Below, in pieces: positions 9,900-23,710 of a DNA stretch of 64,000 nt. Numbering within the stretch: position 1 is the stretch's first letter; each line of letters starts with the position of its first letter. The translations under genes and the position numbers were made by a program. Source of the DNA: Raillietiella orientalis (taxonomy: Eukaryota); assembly GCA_036172245.1 (NCBI GenBank), contig JAYWIR010000009.1, positions 1,302,001-1,366,000 on the forward strand, read 5' to 3'. The notes beneath the pieces are model-generated. The model was given only the letters and a program-made list of their open reading frames with translations. It ran no database searches and had not been told where the DNA came from.

Positions 9900-12800
9900 C
9901 TTTATTTTTATGGACCACCAGCTCCACTGGATGGGAAGCCTTCCTCATCCAGGTAGCACATGCGGAAGTGTTCTCTTCCTCCTCCCATCGACGTACTACA
10001 GGACGCACGGCGTCATTAGATGGCCTTGCGCCATCTTTTGACGCCGTGTAGGGTCTTGGGAAGCAAGCGAGCGTGTCCCGCCCAGGGAGTGTTTCTCCAG
10101 GCATTTGATGGCACTTTATTCGGGAGGGTTGGTTTCCAGGAGCCTACACTCCTCCAGTGACTCCGAGAAAGCCACGCATTCCTGTCGTGTGCGCGACAGC
10201 ACAGACAGTCGTGGTCCTCCGGAGGCGACTCCATCAGTCGATGGGCGAATGCTGACTTCGACCTCGGTTTCATGAGTGGATAAGCGCCAATTCTCTGCAG
10301 TTTACTTTACTCCTCATGAAGGTGCGCGAGGAGAGACGCCATCGAGTGTCTTACAGCCTCGCCTCCAGGACCAGCCTCCGGAATGATCCTCGCATCTCTC
10401 GGCAGGAAACGAGCTCAGGGTCCGCTTCCTGGAGAGGGGCAGCCGCGTCCTTCAGCCGCGTCTCAGACCTGAAGGGGCGCCAGAAGGCTTGCCTCACCAA
10501 ACCAGCAAACTAGCGGCGAACTCTCATTAGCCTCCGGGCAAACAACTCAAAAAGAACGAACAGAAAAGACACGCGGAACATGTTCCACGAGACCAGCTCT
10601 TTCGGGAAGCTAAAGTCCGCTGTTGCGAGAGGGGGGTCAGGACACTCTGCGACTTTTGGACGGATCAGACGTCGGACGGACCAGAACTTCCTTGGGGACA
10701 ACGAACCAGCGAACGACGGTAGCAGCAGACTGGAGGAAAGTTCTCCTGTGCCATCAAGGGAGGAACAAGCGCCGAGGCGGCTGGAGAACGAGAGAGCTGG
10801 TCGACGCCTCATTCCGCGGTTTCCGACCAAGGAACTTCTTCGGTGGGGAGAACTCGGCGTGTCCCCCGCAGAACTGGTGGTCCTTGCCCCTCGTATTGAC
10901 TCTCCGATGCATCTTCTCAACTAAAAGCATCAGGTGGTGCTGTTCTGCACTGGAGCTTCCTGTGCAAAGAGCGCCTATGCCTCGTTTCCTGGGGAACTGC
11001 ATCCCGAACTGCTCCGGGTTAGGCAGACTACGGTGCTCCTCTCTGAACTGTGGTGGAAGATGGCTTCAGACTGCTTCATCCGGTGGACATTGCAAGAGAG
11101 ACTGCTGCAACGATCCTTTGCTTGCAGCTGACTACTGCAGGGCGTGGCGATCACGGCTTCGGGTCGTGCGCCATCTTGAAGGTCCGCCTAGAGCTGGAGC
11201 TGCGCTCGCAGCAACGGGAAGGTCACCCGCTTAGCAGCCGCCATTATCAGGACTGCAGCGAGGTAGACCCAGGAACCTGGGAGCTTGTTTGCGTTCTGAG
11301 AAGGCTGTAGAGAAGGAGGACGGCCGCCTCCAAAGACGCTCGTCACCGCTTTTCCTTCTGGACTGTCTGCTTGTCCGACCTGCGTGTTGGCCAACCCTCC
11401 CAGAGCACTTTCGTTCGTTTCCCTTGAGAACTCATCTCTCGCCCTCCCGTATGTTTCTTTTTTAAGGAATGAACGCCCCCGGCACGAAAGGATGCCCTGG
11501 GTAGGTAAAAGACCTTCCCGAGGGAAATCTCAAGGAGTAGCGGTTCTCATCTCGCGATAAACCCAATGCCACCATTCTCAACTTGTTCTTGTTGACGCGA
11601 GCACCAACACCCTTGCGTCTCGATCGGGGCTGAAGCGAAGGTCTCCCACGCAAACAGCAGAAGAAGCGACCCACCGGTGCGGTCTGCCTCCACTGGAGTG
11701 TAGTCATCCGCGTCCGATGAGAGACCGCCACTCGTTCAGCACCAGCTCGAAGAAAAACGGGCCGGAGATCTTCGGGACTCGGGACGTGTCCCCTGCAGAA
11801 ACCCCCGCTTGATCTCGAAGTCTCCGGTCAGGAAGAGCTCTCTGGAAGAGATGGGAATTTCCACGTTGCGCCAAAGCGAGAGCAGGCAGCTGAGAAGGCT
11901 CGCTGGGCAGCCACGCCGTTTCAGCAGCTTGAGAAGGTGATCCTGAATGGCGTGGCCGAAGACCTTTTCAAGGTCGACCGAGTCGGCCAGTTATTCCTTC
12001 TCTGAGGAGTTTGCTGCCCCGCGCAACACTCCCCAGCAGCCTGCTCTGTTTCTGGAAGTGGCCGTGACCTCTTCCTCACGTAATCTGAATCAGCTGTGGA
12101 CATAGAGCAAGTTGGCGTCTACGGTTCGAGTCAAGACCACGTAGGTTTTGCTCTGGGCTGACTATAGATCCCTCCTATTAGTGTGCCTTTCACACCTTGG
12201 AGGGCAGCTTGACGTCCGCCCTCACAAACGTAGCGGAACGGCAGCTAATGAGGCAGCGTGGGCCACGCCTTTTCGGTAAGAGGCCGATCCCTGGATGATC
12301 TAGAGGAGGTAAAGACCTGACTCGTCTCCCGGATCATCGGCGCCAGTTCTTCCGCAAGGAATCTCCGTGAGCAGCTCGTATGCAACTGGGTGCAGGACTT
12401 CTTTGGGCCCTTTGCTAGAGGCCACGACTTTGCTAACCGGGAAGGGCTCACCAAGCCTGCCAGAAGCCCCTCCGATCGCCTGCGAGCAGCTGCGTTTGGA
12501 AGCCTGTGCTTTGTTAGGAGGCACCTCGCGTACGCGTGGGAGCAGCATTTTCCCCATCACGCGCCGTAGGTTCTTCGGCAAGGCATCCACCTGGCCTTCG
12601 GGTTTAGTGCGTCCGCTGCATCGGATTTCCTCCGCCGTATTCCACGAGGTGCCAGGCTGCTTGCCGATAGGGAGGGGCTGGAAGGCGGTTTCCCTAAGCT
12701 CCAATCCTTCAGCGAAGCCTGCTAAAAGATGATGGGGAGGATTCCGCTTGCGGAAGAGATGTGTTGGGGATCTTCGAAACGATCTCAGTCTCTCACCGTG

Positions 12801-12900
12801 TGGATGGAGCGGTCCGCCAGGAAGGTTCGGAGTTCTTCCCGTGCTCTCCCGTGGCTGCTCCAGCCATCAGGCATCTCAAAATCTCGACTTTCCCGGAAGG
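9900..12900 (-). mobile_element. L1/Tx1-like LINE ORF2 remnant: reverse transcriptase through the C-terminus
   Basis: RT motifs in order on the minus strand: IGLLPKR..RADVKLPSKV, IVSPEQ, VDLEKVFGHAIQDHLLKLLKRRGCP, FEIKRGFLQG..PFFFELVLNE, LLLFAWE (decayed YADD), GARVNKNK, FTYPGHPF, FPRKRGIGAL (cf. GGLG). Many stops and frameshifts; may be more than one copy. Confidence 0.8.
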
Positions 12901-13169
12901 AACCAGATTAGTCCTGATCGTTGGGTGATCCGACAAGGTGGACCTCATTCGTCCTCTCCAAACCACTCACAGCACAGGTGTGGTTGTGGAACTCGTGGTC
13001 AATGGAATTTTTTATTCGGTCACGCTGGGGTATTTATTTAAAAGAACACAAGTTGGGAATGCGGCTCCCGAAACAGAAACAGCAACAAGAAGTTCAGGGT
13101 GAGGGTTCTCCGGCGCGTGGGTCGATCACTGGAGTAGTCCGATGACGATCTTCGTCCGAATTCGCCATG

Positions 13170-15300
13170 GAGTTTATTTGTTCAAGGCAAGCATTACAAA
13201 GATGGTATGACCACAGTCCCGGTTACGTGCTAACTGGTCAAGCTTGCCGAGAGTCTGAGCAGACCGGGGAGGATGGCCCGACAGCAGAGGGGATGAGAGG
13301 AGGCGGAAACACAAAAAATATATATAAATATCAATAAATCTGGGAGCACAGTGAGGGATCACAGTCTTCTAAGGGCTATTCTCTGCATCCTCTCGAGGGT
13401 GCCCGCAAGTTTTTTTCCGATTTTCTTCAGATGGTATTCCCTCCTGTTGCCACAAAAAACGTACTGGAAAGCGAATGGAGCCCCTGCCGCGTCCTCCTCC
13501 TCTGGCATCGTTCCAGGCCGCCACTATTCAACATAGACAGGAAGGAATGCTAAGGATGTGGCTGGCAGCAACACTTCGCGGGAGAAGAGGGGTTGCCACA
13601 TGCAGTCCGTGGGGTTGTCGCTGCAGAACGCCCCCGAAACAGTCGCGGGGCATCACAGTCCACGAAGAGATGCGGGAGAGATTCACTTCTTCCTCACCTG
13701 CTGCAGTCTGGGTCTTCACCCCTCCAGGTCCAGCGTTGTCGGCGGGCGTTGCATGGAAGATCCCAGTGCGACAGCAGAAGCGCCGACTCCTGCCACTCGA
13801 GATACTCAGAGGGAATCCTCGGCAGCTCTGTTCAATGCCAGATTCCTTTCGGCTGTAGACTTGGGGTCGCAGCATCGGTTATCTGGCCCGTGGTTCAGCC
13901 AGTAAGCGTCCTGCTTCTAAATGAAATCTCGCATAAGACTCCTCATTTCGCCGGTAGCTTCCTGCTGCCGAAAGCTTTCTCAGGGAAGGCATCGCCGTGG
14001 CAAAGAAAGTTCGTCCTGCCCACGTACACGTGGTGAAATGTACGATGATCTCCAGGGGCGAGCAGTTGTAGGAGGAGTACCGCAAGCGCTGCCGTAACTC
14101 GGGGCTCGGCTCGTTGATCTTTGCCCACGTGAGATCGGTTCCCGGCAATCAGGCTCCGCCGTGCGTTGGACAGGCAGGAGATCCAGGTGTTCTCCCTGCT
14201 CAGTGCAGCTATCCGCCGCAGTTGTAGCTCGCAATGGGCGCGTTGCGGCGGCGACTTGCAAGCAAAGAAGAGAGTTCCTCGCAGCTGGAGTCATTGGTAT
14301 TGGAAGCTTCTTCTGGCTCAGAATGTCTGCGATCCCCGGCTTTTCCTCTTCTTCCAGGTAAAATCACCTCACATTCGACCTTGCGTAGACTCGTTCCATG
14401 CGGGCACCTCTCTTCGCGGCACCCGAGACTCCACGGCGTGACGGACTGTGAGATTTGGCGCGAACTCAACACATCGTTGCAATCATGGCGCCTGTTCGCC
14501 TCGAGCGAATAATCGGCGCAGCAAGTTCTTGAAAGTGTCCTCTGGGAGCAGAAGCGCTGAAGACAACCTCCTCCATAGTGCCTGTAAAGTGCCACAGTAC
14601 GGCAACAGGTGTAGGAACTATTCGATCCATCCATACCCGAAAGAGTTCGAGGACGCAACTCTCCTGGAGACGAGGCGTCGGCGCTGGTCACAAGGAAGCC
14701 CCAGGGCAAAAAGTGGCATCACCACGTGCTTATACTTCAGTGGGAGCATCGAAGTATTCCAACGCAAGGGAGGGACCAGTAGTCCCTCGGAGGACGCACT
14801 TGAAAGTCCCTCCCAAGAGTTGCTCTGCCCTACAACGCTAATCGTCAGTGCTCACCAGCTCGCTCACCTTCCAGTCGTCCAGAAGTTTCGTAACTCCTGC
14901 AACGGTGCAGGAGAACTCCCACTCCGCCGGTGGGCTACTGCCGCTGCTTTCCCTTAGGGAAGATAGCGTTGCGGCAAGCAGTGTGACGGCTGTACCGGAC
15001 CACTTCTTGCAGTCCTACAGGACATCTCCCAGTGGGTTGCAGAGGAGGGCTTACAGGCGATGAAGTGTTCCTGAGCGCATTTTCAGGGTGCCAACCCAGG
15101 AAGTACCTCCTGTCACCAGGCATTTCAGTTCGTGGGGTGGCAGGGGATCCAAGTGGCTGTCCAAAAGTGAGACCAGTTGCCACAACGAGAATCCGAATCC
15201 CTGCATCCTATGGCGGCTGCGCGGCAGCAACGATCGACGTTCTCGGCTGCCGATGCAATGCCGAACGATGGGACGTGCAGGAACACACCGTGTAACGGTT
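13170..15300 (-). mobile_element. L1/Tx1-like LINE ORF2 remnant (partial RT, zf-RVT, 3' UTR)
   Basis: RCVPARPI (cf. CVPGRSI) and LVSLLD near 15.2 kb. LLLSHWDLPCNARRQRW..DPDCSR*GRSESLPHLFVDC at ~13660-13780. AATAAA near 13173 on the minus strand. Confidence 0.7.
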
Positions 15301-15379
15301 CACAATTTGGGACATTGAGTGTCACGTGGAGTAGAGGGGGGTCAATTGTGTCTTTGTTATAGTCGTGCAGCTTTTCTTC

Positions 15380-16740
15380 CTACCATCAAGCTCAGTCCAT
15401 TTCTCCGGCGTTTGCATTTCTCGCAGCGATTTACCGAAACCGTCATTCCTTGCGTATGTAAGAGAATGTCCTGAGGCTTATCAATCCAGTTGAGGATGCA
15501 TCCATTCTGTCTCGATCAAACGGTCGATGTATTATGGTTGAGTGGAGGAAATCCTTGAAGGATTTCTCCATAACACGAGGAATCAACTTTCCTTGATGTT
15601 TCATTCCTTCAATAGGAAAACATCAATCCTTTGTTAGTCCTTGGTAGCATTCAGTGAGCGTTCCGCCACGTGGAAGGAAGAAAAAGCAACCAGAGAAAAT
15701 GAATTTCTTCTTCTTCCATCAAAAATCATCATCAACAATAAGAAAACAAAAACCTGAGATCCGCAAATGCACCCAACATCTCGTATGGTGTACGGTTTCA
15801 TGTTGGAAATGGCAGATAAACCAAAAGCAGCATTTGATATCAGTCAGTCAGCACGGATGATGAAACTAGCATCTCATGAGCACAAACACAAAAGAAAAAA
15901 AAAAGATCTTTATCGTGGGTGGTCAGCCAACAGATCATTCCTCACCTTGAGAAAAAGGAATTCGGAAGAAAAGAATAGACCGTGGCAGGGATGAGATCTT
16001 CGAAATCCGATGATGCTACCTACCATCCACGTCCACAGGAGAAAGGCTTGAGCATTCGGGAAAGTTCGCCTATGAGATCATCTTCTGAGATTCGTCTGAT
16101 TGAGAAGGACTTAAGTAGCAGTAACGAACTGCTGAAATTCGGAGTCCGCTTTTGTGTTTCCTCCAGAGAAAGATTATCGGGAAAACAGAACAAAAAAGAC
16201 GGGGAGAAAAGAGATTGGGAATAAATAGTACAATTTGTGCTTGCAGGGAGGCATCGACCCCGAATTTTTTTTCAATCTCACTCATTTAATTAACTTACTC
16301 CATTTGCTTTTTATTGACTGCCACGAGGATCGAGATCCATCTGAACGATGCCCCCAGTGATTGATACAGAGCTGGCTGAGCAGCTGGAAAACACTGAACC
16401 TGAGATCAAAACTTCTTGAGCGTCGCCTGGGGAGAACGACCTTTTAATGCAGCCAATAGCAAATATCCAAGAAAATGAACGCTGGGATCTGATGCCTGGC
16501 ATCTAACGGACCATGAGCGCAGCGGGGAAAGATCCTATTGGCATGGAATTGCAAGCATCACGGTGGGATACCTGGTTCCTCCATCCCAAATAAAAGCGCC
16601 TTGTTTCCTGGACCCAACTGCCTGAGTAGGACACCGTGTCCGAACCTCTGCAGCTGCGGTTTGAACTCAGCACAGCCAAGATGGACAGCCAATATGAAAG
16701 CTCACAGCGACCCGAACATTTCTGAAGTGGTTTGAACACA
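15380..16740 (+). mobile_element. Highly degenerate LINE RT/C-terminal remnant, RTE-like
   Basis: KDFSITRGI (cf. F...RGVRQG), a G..IN..K-like segment and a C-terminal NSAQPRW (cf. A.DR..W). The matches are weak. Confidence 0.35.
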
Positions 16741-18259
16741 AGGGGGGGGTCCTTTTTTCTTTCTTTCTTTCTTTCCAGAAACAGCATTTCTTCCCTCAAC
16801 TGTTCACTAGAGCTTCACTCAGCAATCTGCTGAATGTAGGATCAGAACCTAAAACGAAGCCATCCTAATTAACTCACATCGTGGTGTTCAAAATTTTGAA
16901 GTTTCCTTAGTATTCACAATCGCGTGACCCATTCAGCACTATTTAGGCCGTTAACATCAGCACGAATCGTGTTGCTTCAAGATGATCTTTGTATTCGATG
17001 GCTTCATGCAAATCGATTATATCTCACTTTAGGTCAGATGTTATAGAGATTCAAGAGCCCCTATAGCTAGATGTGAATTGGTTGTCAAGCTTGATGTTTC
17101 ATCGGGAAAATCACTCAAGCAATGTGTTCCAAGTGGAATCCCCACGTGCTGATTCCCGTTCTCCTATTTTGTTCCAAATAGAGATTCTGACTCTTTCTCC
17201 GTTCCATCCATTTCCTGAATCACTGCTCTTTTTTTTTCTGTCCTGAGGGATTGACACATCTTCACAGTTCGGATGAGTTCCTCGTGAAATGCCTCATGAG
17301 GAAATCATCCGGCACTGAAGAACTTTTTGAAGTTTGCGCTTATTCCGTGCCCATTTAGTCCGAACATGCTGCGGCCCAATCAGGTAGGTTGGACCGTGAC
17401 ATCTTTTCAAGAAGACACGTGGAAGGAATGTGTAAAGAAAGAAATGTTTTGTGAAGTCTTGGCCACCTTTGCCTCTTGAGACGGAAATGCTTCCGACACT
17501 CGCAGAACCAATCCCTCCATTTTCCCATTTTATAAAGACCGTAGATTTTAGGATTATCGTCCCATATTCTGAGGACTACCAAGAGAGTGCCTTTGAATGT
17601 CGGTAGTTCAAACATTCGGATGCTGGAAACATCGTTGGTTGCACAGCAAAATTATTTTCTCTACTTTTCTAGAAGAATGAAACATTTTTCATGTGCCGTT
17701 GGAAAGGCATGCAACCAATGACCGTTGGTCAAGAAAGAAATGCTACGATTCGAATCATTTGATAAAAACGGACTTGTAAGAACATGTCTGAGGATCTCTG
17801 GACCCGCAGGCATGTTCTTGCAAGTCCGTTTTCAGCTAGCTCACTAAACCCATTACTCGTGAAAGACCGAATAATTAATTTCTCTCACCACTGTTCACAC
17901 GTTTTCCTTCTAGAGTATCCAAAAATAGGAACTGCTGTGAAATCTGTTGTGATATAAGAAGCGTTCGCCACGTTTGGGGAATTTGGAACTCATCTTCGCC
18001 AAACACAATGTGCATTCCGAAGAAAATGAAGCTCCCACCTTCTTGATCTGATTTATTCCACATGAGATACTCGACCATTTTTTTTTTTTTATTCGCTGAA
18101 TTCTTGGCTCCAGCAAACTGTGCTACGTAAACGGTGCCCCATACTCGTGATCCGGGTAGGACTGAATTCCATCTTTGTCAAGTCTCGAAATTCTTGGCTG
18201 ATGGAAAGAGAATTTCATCCACGAGTTGCTGAGCTTACTAAATTGCTATCCCTTCCGGG

Positions 18260-18515
18260 TTCCCTTCAGAGAAGAAAAACTGGAGCGGACCCCTCTAAGG
18301 GTCTCTTCGGAGAGAATAAGGAATGAGATTCTCTTCTGGGTTCCCCTTCGGAGACAACCAGGGTGAAGGTGATCTCCATTTTTTGGGTATCCTTCCCCAG
18401 GCGTGAGAGGAACGGACTCCGAGTGCTTCCTGGATTCATAGAGCGGGCCCCTCCCGGAGTACCCCCTATCTTGAAGACTACCCACCCTCGGGGTGGCATG
18501 AAACCGTGTCGAAGA
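18260..18515 (+). mobile_element. Internal fragment of the tRNA-derived SINE family
   Basis: Shares CCTTCGGAGACAACCAGGGTG, GCGTGAGAGGAACGGACTC and CTTCCTGGATTCATAG with 780-990. Confidence 0.85.
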
Positions 18516-19093
18516 ACTGCGAAGACGGAAAAGGATTTCCATCATCCTCACTCAGTAAACTCAGTAAGCTCGCTAAGTGAGCTTGTGTAGTGAGTAAAGT
18601 TCACTTATACGAGAAGTTCGAAAATTTCGAAAGTAGAAGAACAGTCTGATCGAATCTAAGCTTCCATCTAATAACCGATCTTCATTCTCATAAGGTTTGT
18701 AGTAAACCTCGTAGGGCTTTATAGGACTGCTCGTCTAGCAGAGAAAAACTAGTGGATAATTAAATTCGGTGCATTCCTGGAAGAAAGCTCTGGTTGATTT
18801 GTGCATTTGGATTCTGGGAGAAAGGGTACTTAACAGGGAAACTGATCGGACAAATGAAGTCCAAGTTTCGCAAGCATTAAACCTTTACGACCTCTCGTAA
18901 ATCTAAAAAATTCTCTATGGCCAGATTGACTCAGAAGCAGGATTTCGTTCTTGGTATACTGAAGCGTCGGTGGTTCCTTACTCAAGCTGAATGAAGGCAG
19001 TAATTATAATGATTTGCAGTTGTACGGCTCCAGGGCAAGTGCATTCGTCCACAGAATGTCCCAGGAAGAGCCTGTGCACCGTATTTTCACAAC

Positions 19094-19142
19094 CTTGTTT
19101 TTAACCCAGGATTAATGGAATAAATCCTGGGTTAAGAACAAG
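19094..19142. repeat. Hairpin with 20-bp arms and a 9-nt loop
   Basis: CTTGTTtTTAACCCAGGATT-aatggaata-AATCCTGGGTTAAgAACAAG, with a single G-T pair. Confidence 0.9.
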
Positions 19143-20499
19143 AAAGGGCTACTTTTTGCTGCCCCGTCTCATCACAACCAATGATCACGATCAAGAAAAA
19201 CGACCTTCGAAGATGGAACTGAAACCCCGTTGGGATCAATTTGCTCGCAGTCAATGATTCTATGCTGAAGCGATATCATATAATAGAAAATGGTAAGGTC
19301 TGGGATCATTCCGTTTCACGAAGCGAAGTGATTTCAGACAAAGTGCGGGGTATGCTTACTGCAGGCAAAGTGATTTGTATGAAATGCTGACGAGTGAGAT
19401 TGAGAATTTTGAAAAAATTGCAATAAAAAAGACGTGTGTTGTACTTTGAACTCTTGTACAAGCAGAAGAAGAACAAGTAGTGCATGGTATGCAAGTAATG
19501 CATACTGTCTCTCCAATGCATTTATCCAAATGTATTTATCTCGATTCTCAGAAATTCAAAGAAATTGGTAGAGAAAATCTGTTGTTAGCCCTGAGGTGAC
19601 AGCAGCCCACGTTCAGAACGAAATGTTTCCGGTTTCTAGAAAGTTACCAAACGGCATAAACTTCCTTTTAAAACATCTTTCGATCTTGATTTCTGTTAAA
19701 CACAAAATAGAACACAGATAGCTACAGATTTAATTTTATCCTCTATCTGTGCTTTGCATTCTAAGATAACTCTTGATAATGGAGTGTTAAAAAAAGTATA
19801 TCCTGTCACTGGTCGATTTCTTGTTCAATCTGTAGACAGCCAGGCAGCAATTTCATTACATACATTTGCCTTGCATAAAATTCATGATTAGCCTAATATA
19901 CACAGAGAATTAGTAAAACAACTGCTTAACTAATTGTCTGTGTTTGCCAGTGTATTGGACTTTATTGTCTACAGTACACTCATACGTTATAATATACTGG
20001 TAACGAAGGCACTTTGATTTTTGTGAATTATTCTGAAACAAATTCATGGTTAATCATTTTTGAACTTCACAGAGCAGGACGTTGTGGGACTCTGATCTAA
20101 CTGTTTAAAGAAGATTATAGTCTCCGTCTTTTTTTGAATTGAACTGAATTAATTTCTAAATCTAAGTCTTCTGAAAATTACTTTGTTGTCAGGGCATTTG
20201 TTACTGCTGAGATAGTAACTAATGTAGCAATTAGCAGATCAGAATTGCTGTTCAGTAACACAGTCGGGTCAGATCTTTATAGTAGAAGTAGCCAGATATT
20301 AAATTCATATCAAATCATCCTCATTCATAAATTCTGAACGAATCCTTTGACTACCTGTCTGATTTTTCGGACAGTATAATTCCTAATTTAGTTTTGTAAG
20401 TACGCAAGGAAGAAAATGACGTAGAAATAGTGATGAGAACGATAGGATTCCATGAAATGAAATGACGATCTGAAGAAACTCGGTAGATTAGAGTTCACC

Positions 20500-21590
20500 A
20501 CTCTGCTGGTAACACTTTGTTTGTCAAAAAGCATGCAAATCTACCCTTTTGACAGCTAATTAAATCATTTTCCTCATTCACCAAATTGATCAGGAAAATC
20601 TTTTAAAGCTGGAAACAAATTTCTACAACGAATTCATCTGAAAAGCTACAACTACAATTTCATTCTGTTATTGGAATTTCTGAACCCACAGACTGAAACT
20701 TTGCTATCATCTAATCAGTCTGGAATTTCGCAGTGAACCTTCAAGCCACCATGGACTCGTTGTGTCCGAATTCTACATCAGTTTTCTCAGTAGCTTTGTG
20801 AAGCATGTGTTGCATCTGACTCACTGAAATGTGCCTTGAATTTTCCTCCAAGAGTGATGTCTGTTTCTTACTATCATGTTAGAAAGTCTCGAGGTCTGCT
20901 ACATTACATTGCTAACAACTAGCTCATTAGTCTGCCGACCATTTTGCTCGACTCCCTGTTGGATCATGCTAAAGTAAATCCAGATTCTTACACCGTCAAC
21001 ATTTACTTACCTATTGCTTTATTTTACCATACTCGCATAGATTGAATAGTATTAAATTATTAATCGTTCAGTATGTTTTTTGATGCTGTAAGACTTTGGA
21101 AATGTATGTGTTGAATTTATTAATTGGTACACCTACCTCTTATAAATGATTTAGATAGTTTGTTTTGCCTTATTAATCAGAATCAGCTACTAAGAAAGAA
21201 TGCATGTGATCATTTTTCATCGTGAGAAAGATACAATTCTACAAGTATGGAAAATAACCATAACTAACTCTGAATGACTACAATTGAATGTGCCCACGCC
21301 GTGTTCACGATGTACACAGACGGATCAAAAACTCACACGGACGAAAAAGAAACAAAAAAAAAAAGGGCGAGGAGAAGCAACATGAGAGTCTTCAAAACAG
21401 CAGTTCCGTCAAAGCACAGCTGCTGATTTTGAAATGCAAGTTTGCGACAGTCGGTTAAAGAATTTGTATAATCATTCGTGTCGATGGAAAAATTCAAGGA
21501 ATACAATAGCTTGAGGAGGATTTTGTTACTCAAAAAAATAATGCATATAAAAACATCCATTCTTTTTTTCACAGCCATATGGCCATCTTG
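20500..21590 (-). ncRNA. Candidate spliced non-coding (or long 5'UTR) transcript divergent from HINT1
   Basis: Chain of minus-strand GT-AG introns: 21336-21190 (GTGAGT..TTCTTAG), 21136-21086 (GTAGGT..TTACAG, 51 nt), 21010-20969 (GTAAGT..CTTTAG, 42 nt) and 20871-20824 (GTAAGA..TTTCAG, 48 nt). No long ORF. The transcript ends are uncertain. Confidence 0.4.
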
Positions 21591-23080
21591 TTAAGCGTCT
21601 GTGCTATCAAAGCAAAATCTAATTTCAAAAATTCATCCTTGCATGGATTTCCATTTTTTTCTGTGGGCATTCTGGATAACACTGATAAGGCACTTTGGCA
21701 CGGCAGTATCCGAAATTAAATTCGTTTGAAATTACTTTATGCACTGTTGTTATTTTTCCGTGATCGAAGTTTGATTTATTGACAAATTGCCGCTGTTCTT
21801 AAAGTTTATTGTTCTTATCTCACTGTACAGTATTTTCTGGTTAGACATCTTGCTTTTCTTTGTTACTTTTCTCGCCAGGCTAAATACATATTATTACTTA
21901 TCTCGTATTAGTAATTTAGTTTTCAGTGTGATTTTTTCCTGTGTTCACATCAGCGTTTGTTTGCTTCCTTGGTATAGAATGTTCAAATGATCAGTAGTTT
22001 TAAGTTTTTTCGTTACATGCTATACTCCGATATGCATTAGGTGAACTGCACGCTAATATGTGTGTTCTCTTTGGGAAAAACGGAAAGAAAAAAAAAGAAG
22101 CGTTCACGTCAAATTGAAATTGTAAATTGAATCCGTAAGTTCGTTTTAAAACATTACTTTCAAATAAAAAACCAAAAGGTTTTAGTTTGTTTTACATTGT
22201 TTTACATTCCAAGCGCTTACTAAACATTCCAACATTCCAAACCCCACCTTTGTCCATTAATGATACTGTATACAAACCTGCTGTGTGTGTTGTGAATGAG
22301 GAGAATTGCTTTCGAAATTCGAAAATAAAAGTCAGAAATGCTTCCAACATTGAAACTTCCTCCACATGTTAAAAAAAAAATAAAATAAAAGGCGATTCTT
22401 GGACCCAAATAGGCAAACGTTTGCAATGCAAAGTGCACAAATAAAAAGGATAATTGGGCCGTTTGTTTGAGTTGCTTTCTTTAAGTCCATTTTTTACTGT
22501 GTGAACATTTCTAGAATAGTTTGTCGTTGGCAATGAATAAATGGATTTGCATATGGTGTCCTTCATATGCTTTCATTTCACTGCACTGTAAACTGAGACT
22601 GACCTTATAACAGATAACAGTTAGAACAGTAACCATGGAAGTAAATTTCGTGTTAAACTTGTTTTTCACATAACAACTTTTACACTACTAGCATGTATTA
22701 TATTATGTGACAGTTACAATTAAACTTAACAAGATTACAATAAATTTTTGTTAAAAAATAGATCGGCATAAGCAACACGCCTTTTCATAGTTTAGTGTTC
22801 ATTTAATTTTCTTTTATAATTGCTGCACTTTAAAAGTCCTGTGACGTGAAGCAATCTTTCAAGTTTTCTCAAGCACCTTTAAACGAAAAACTACTTAGCA
22901 CATGAATGACATTTTATTTGTTCTCTGTTTAATAGATTGTGTTAACTGACTTCATTGTGCATGTGTTAATGTGAACATTTCTAAGCCAATATGTTTATGT
23001 ACTTATCACATGTATTTAAATACAGTTCTAAAACATCCATTTGTTCTCTGTGGAGTAAATTAAAAGTCATTAATCAGGGA

Positions 23081-23674
<594 letters not shown>

Positions 23675-23710
23675 TTATTATCTTGGGCATGAAGTTACAA
23701 GCTGACTAGG

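Noticed and set aside
3000..15300. Many 100-280-aa ORFs in the six-frame track (also at 46-54 kb)
   Set aside because: They are overlapping R/G/S/P-rich ORFs typical of GC-rich DNA. Recognisable motifs jump between frames, which indicates decayed retroelements rather than genes.
18700..19080. Additional LINE RT fragment (EAGFRS motif)
   Set aside because: A single short motif in heavily decayed sequence; insufficient to delimit a feature.
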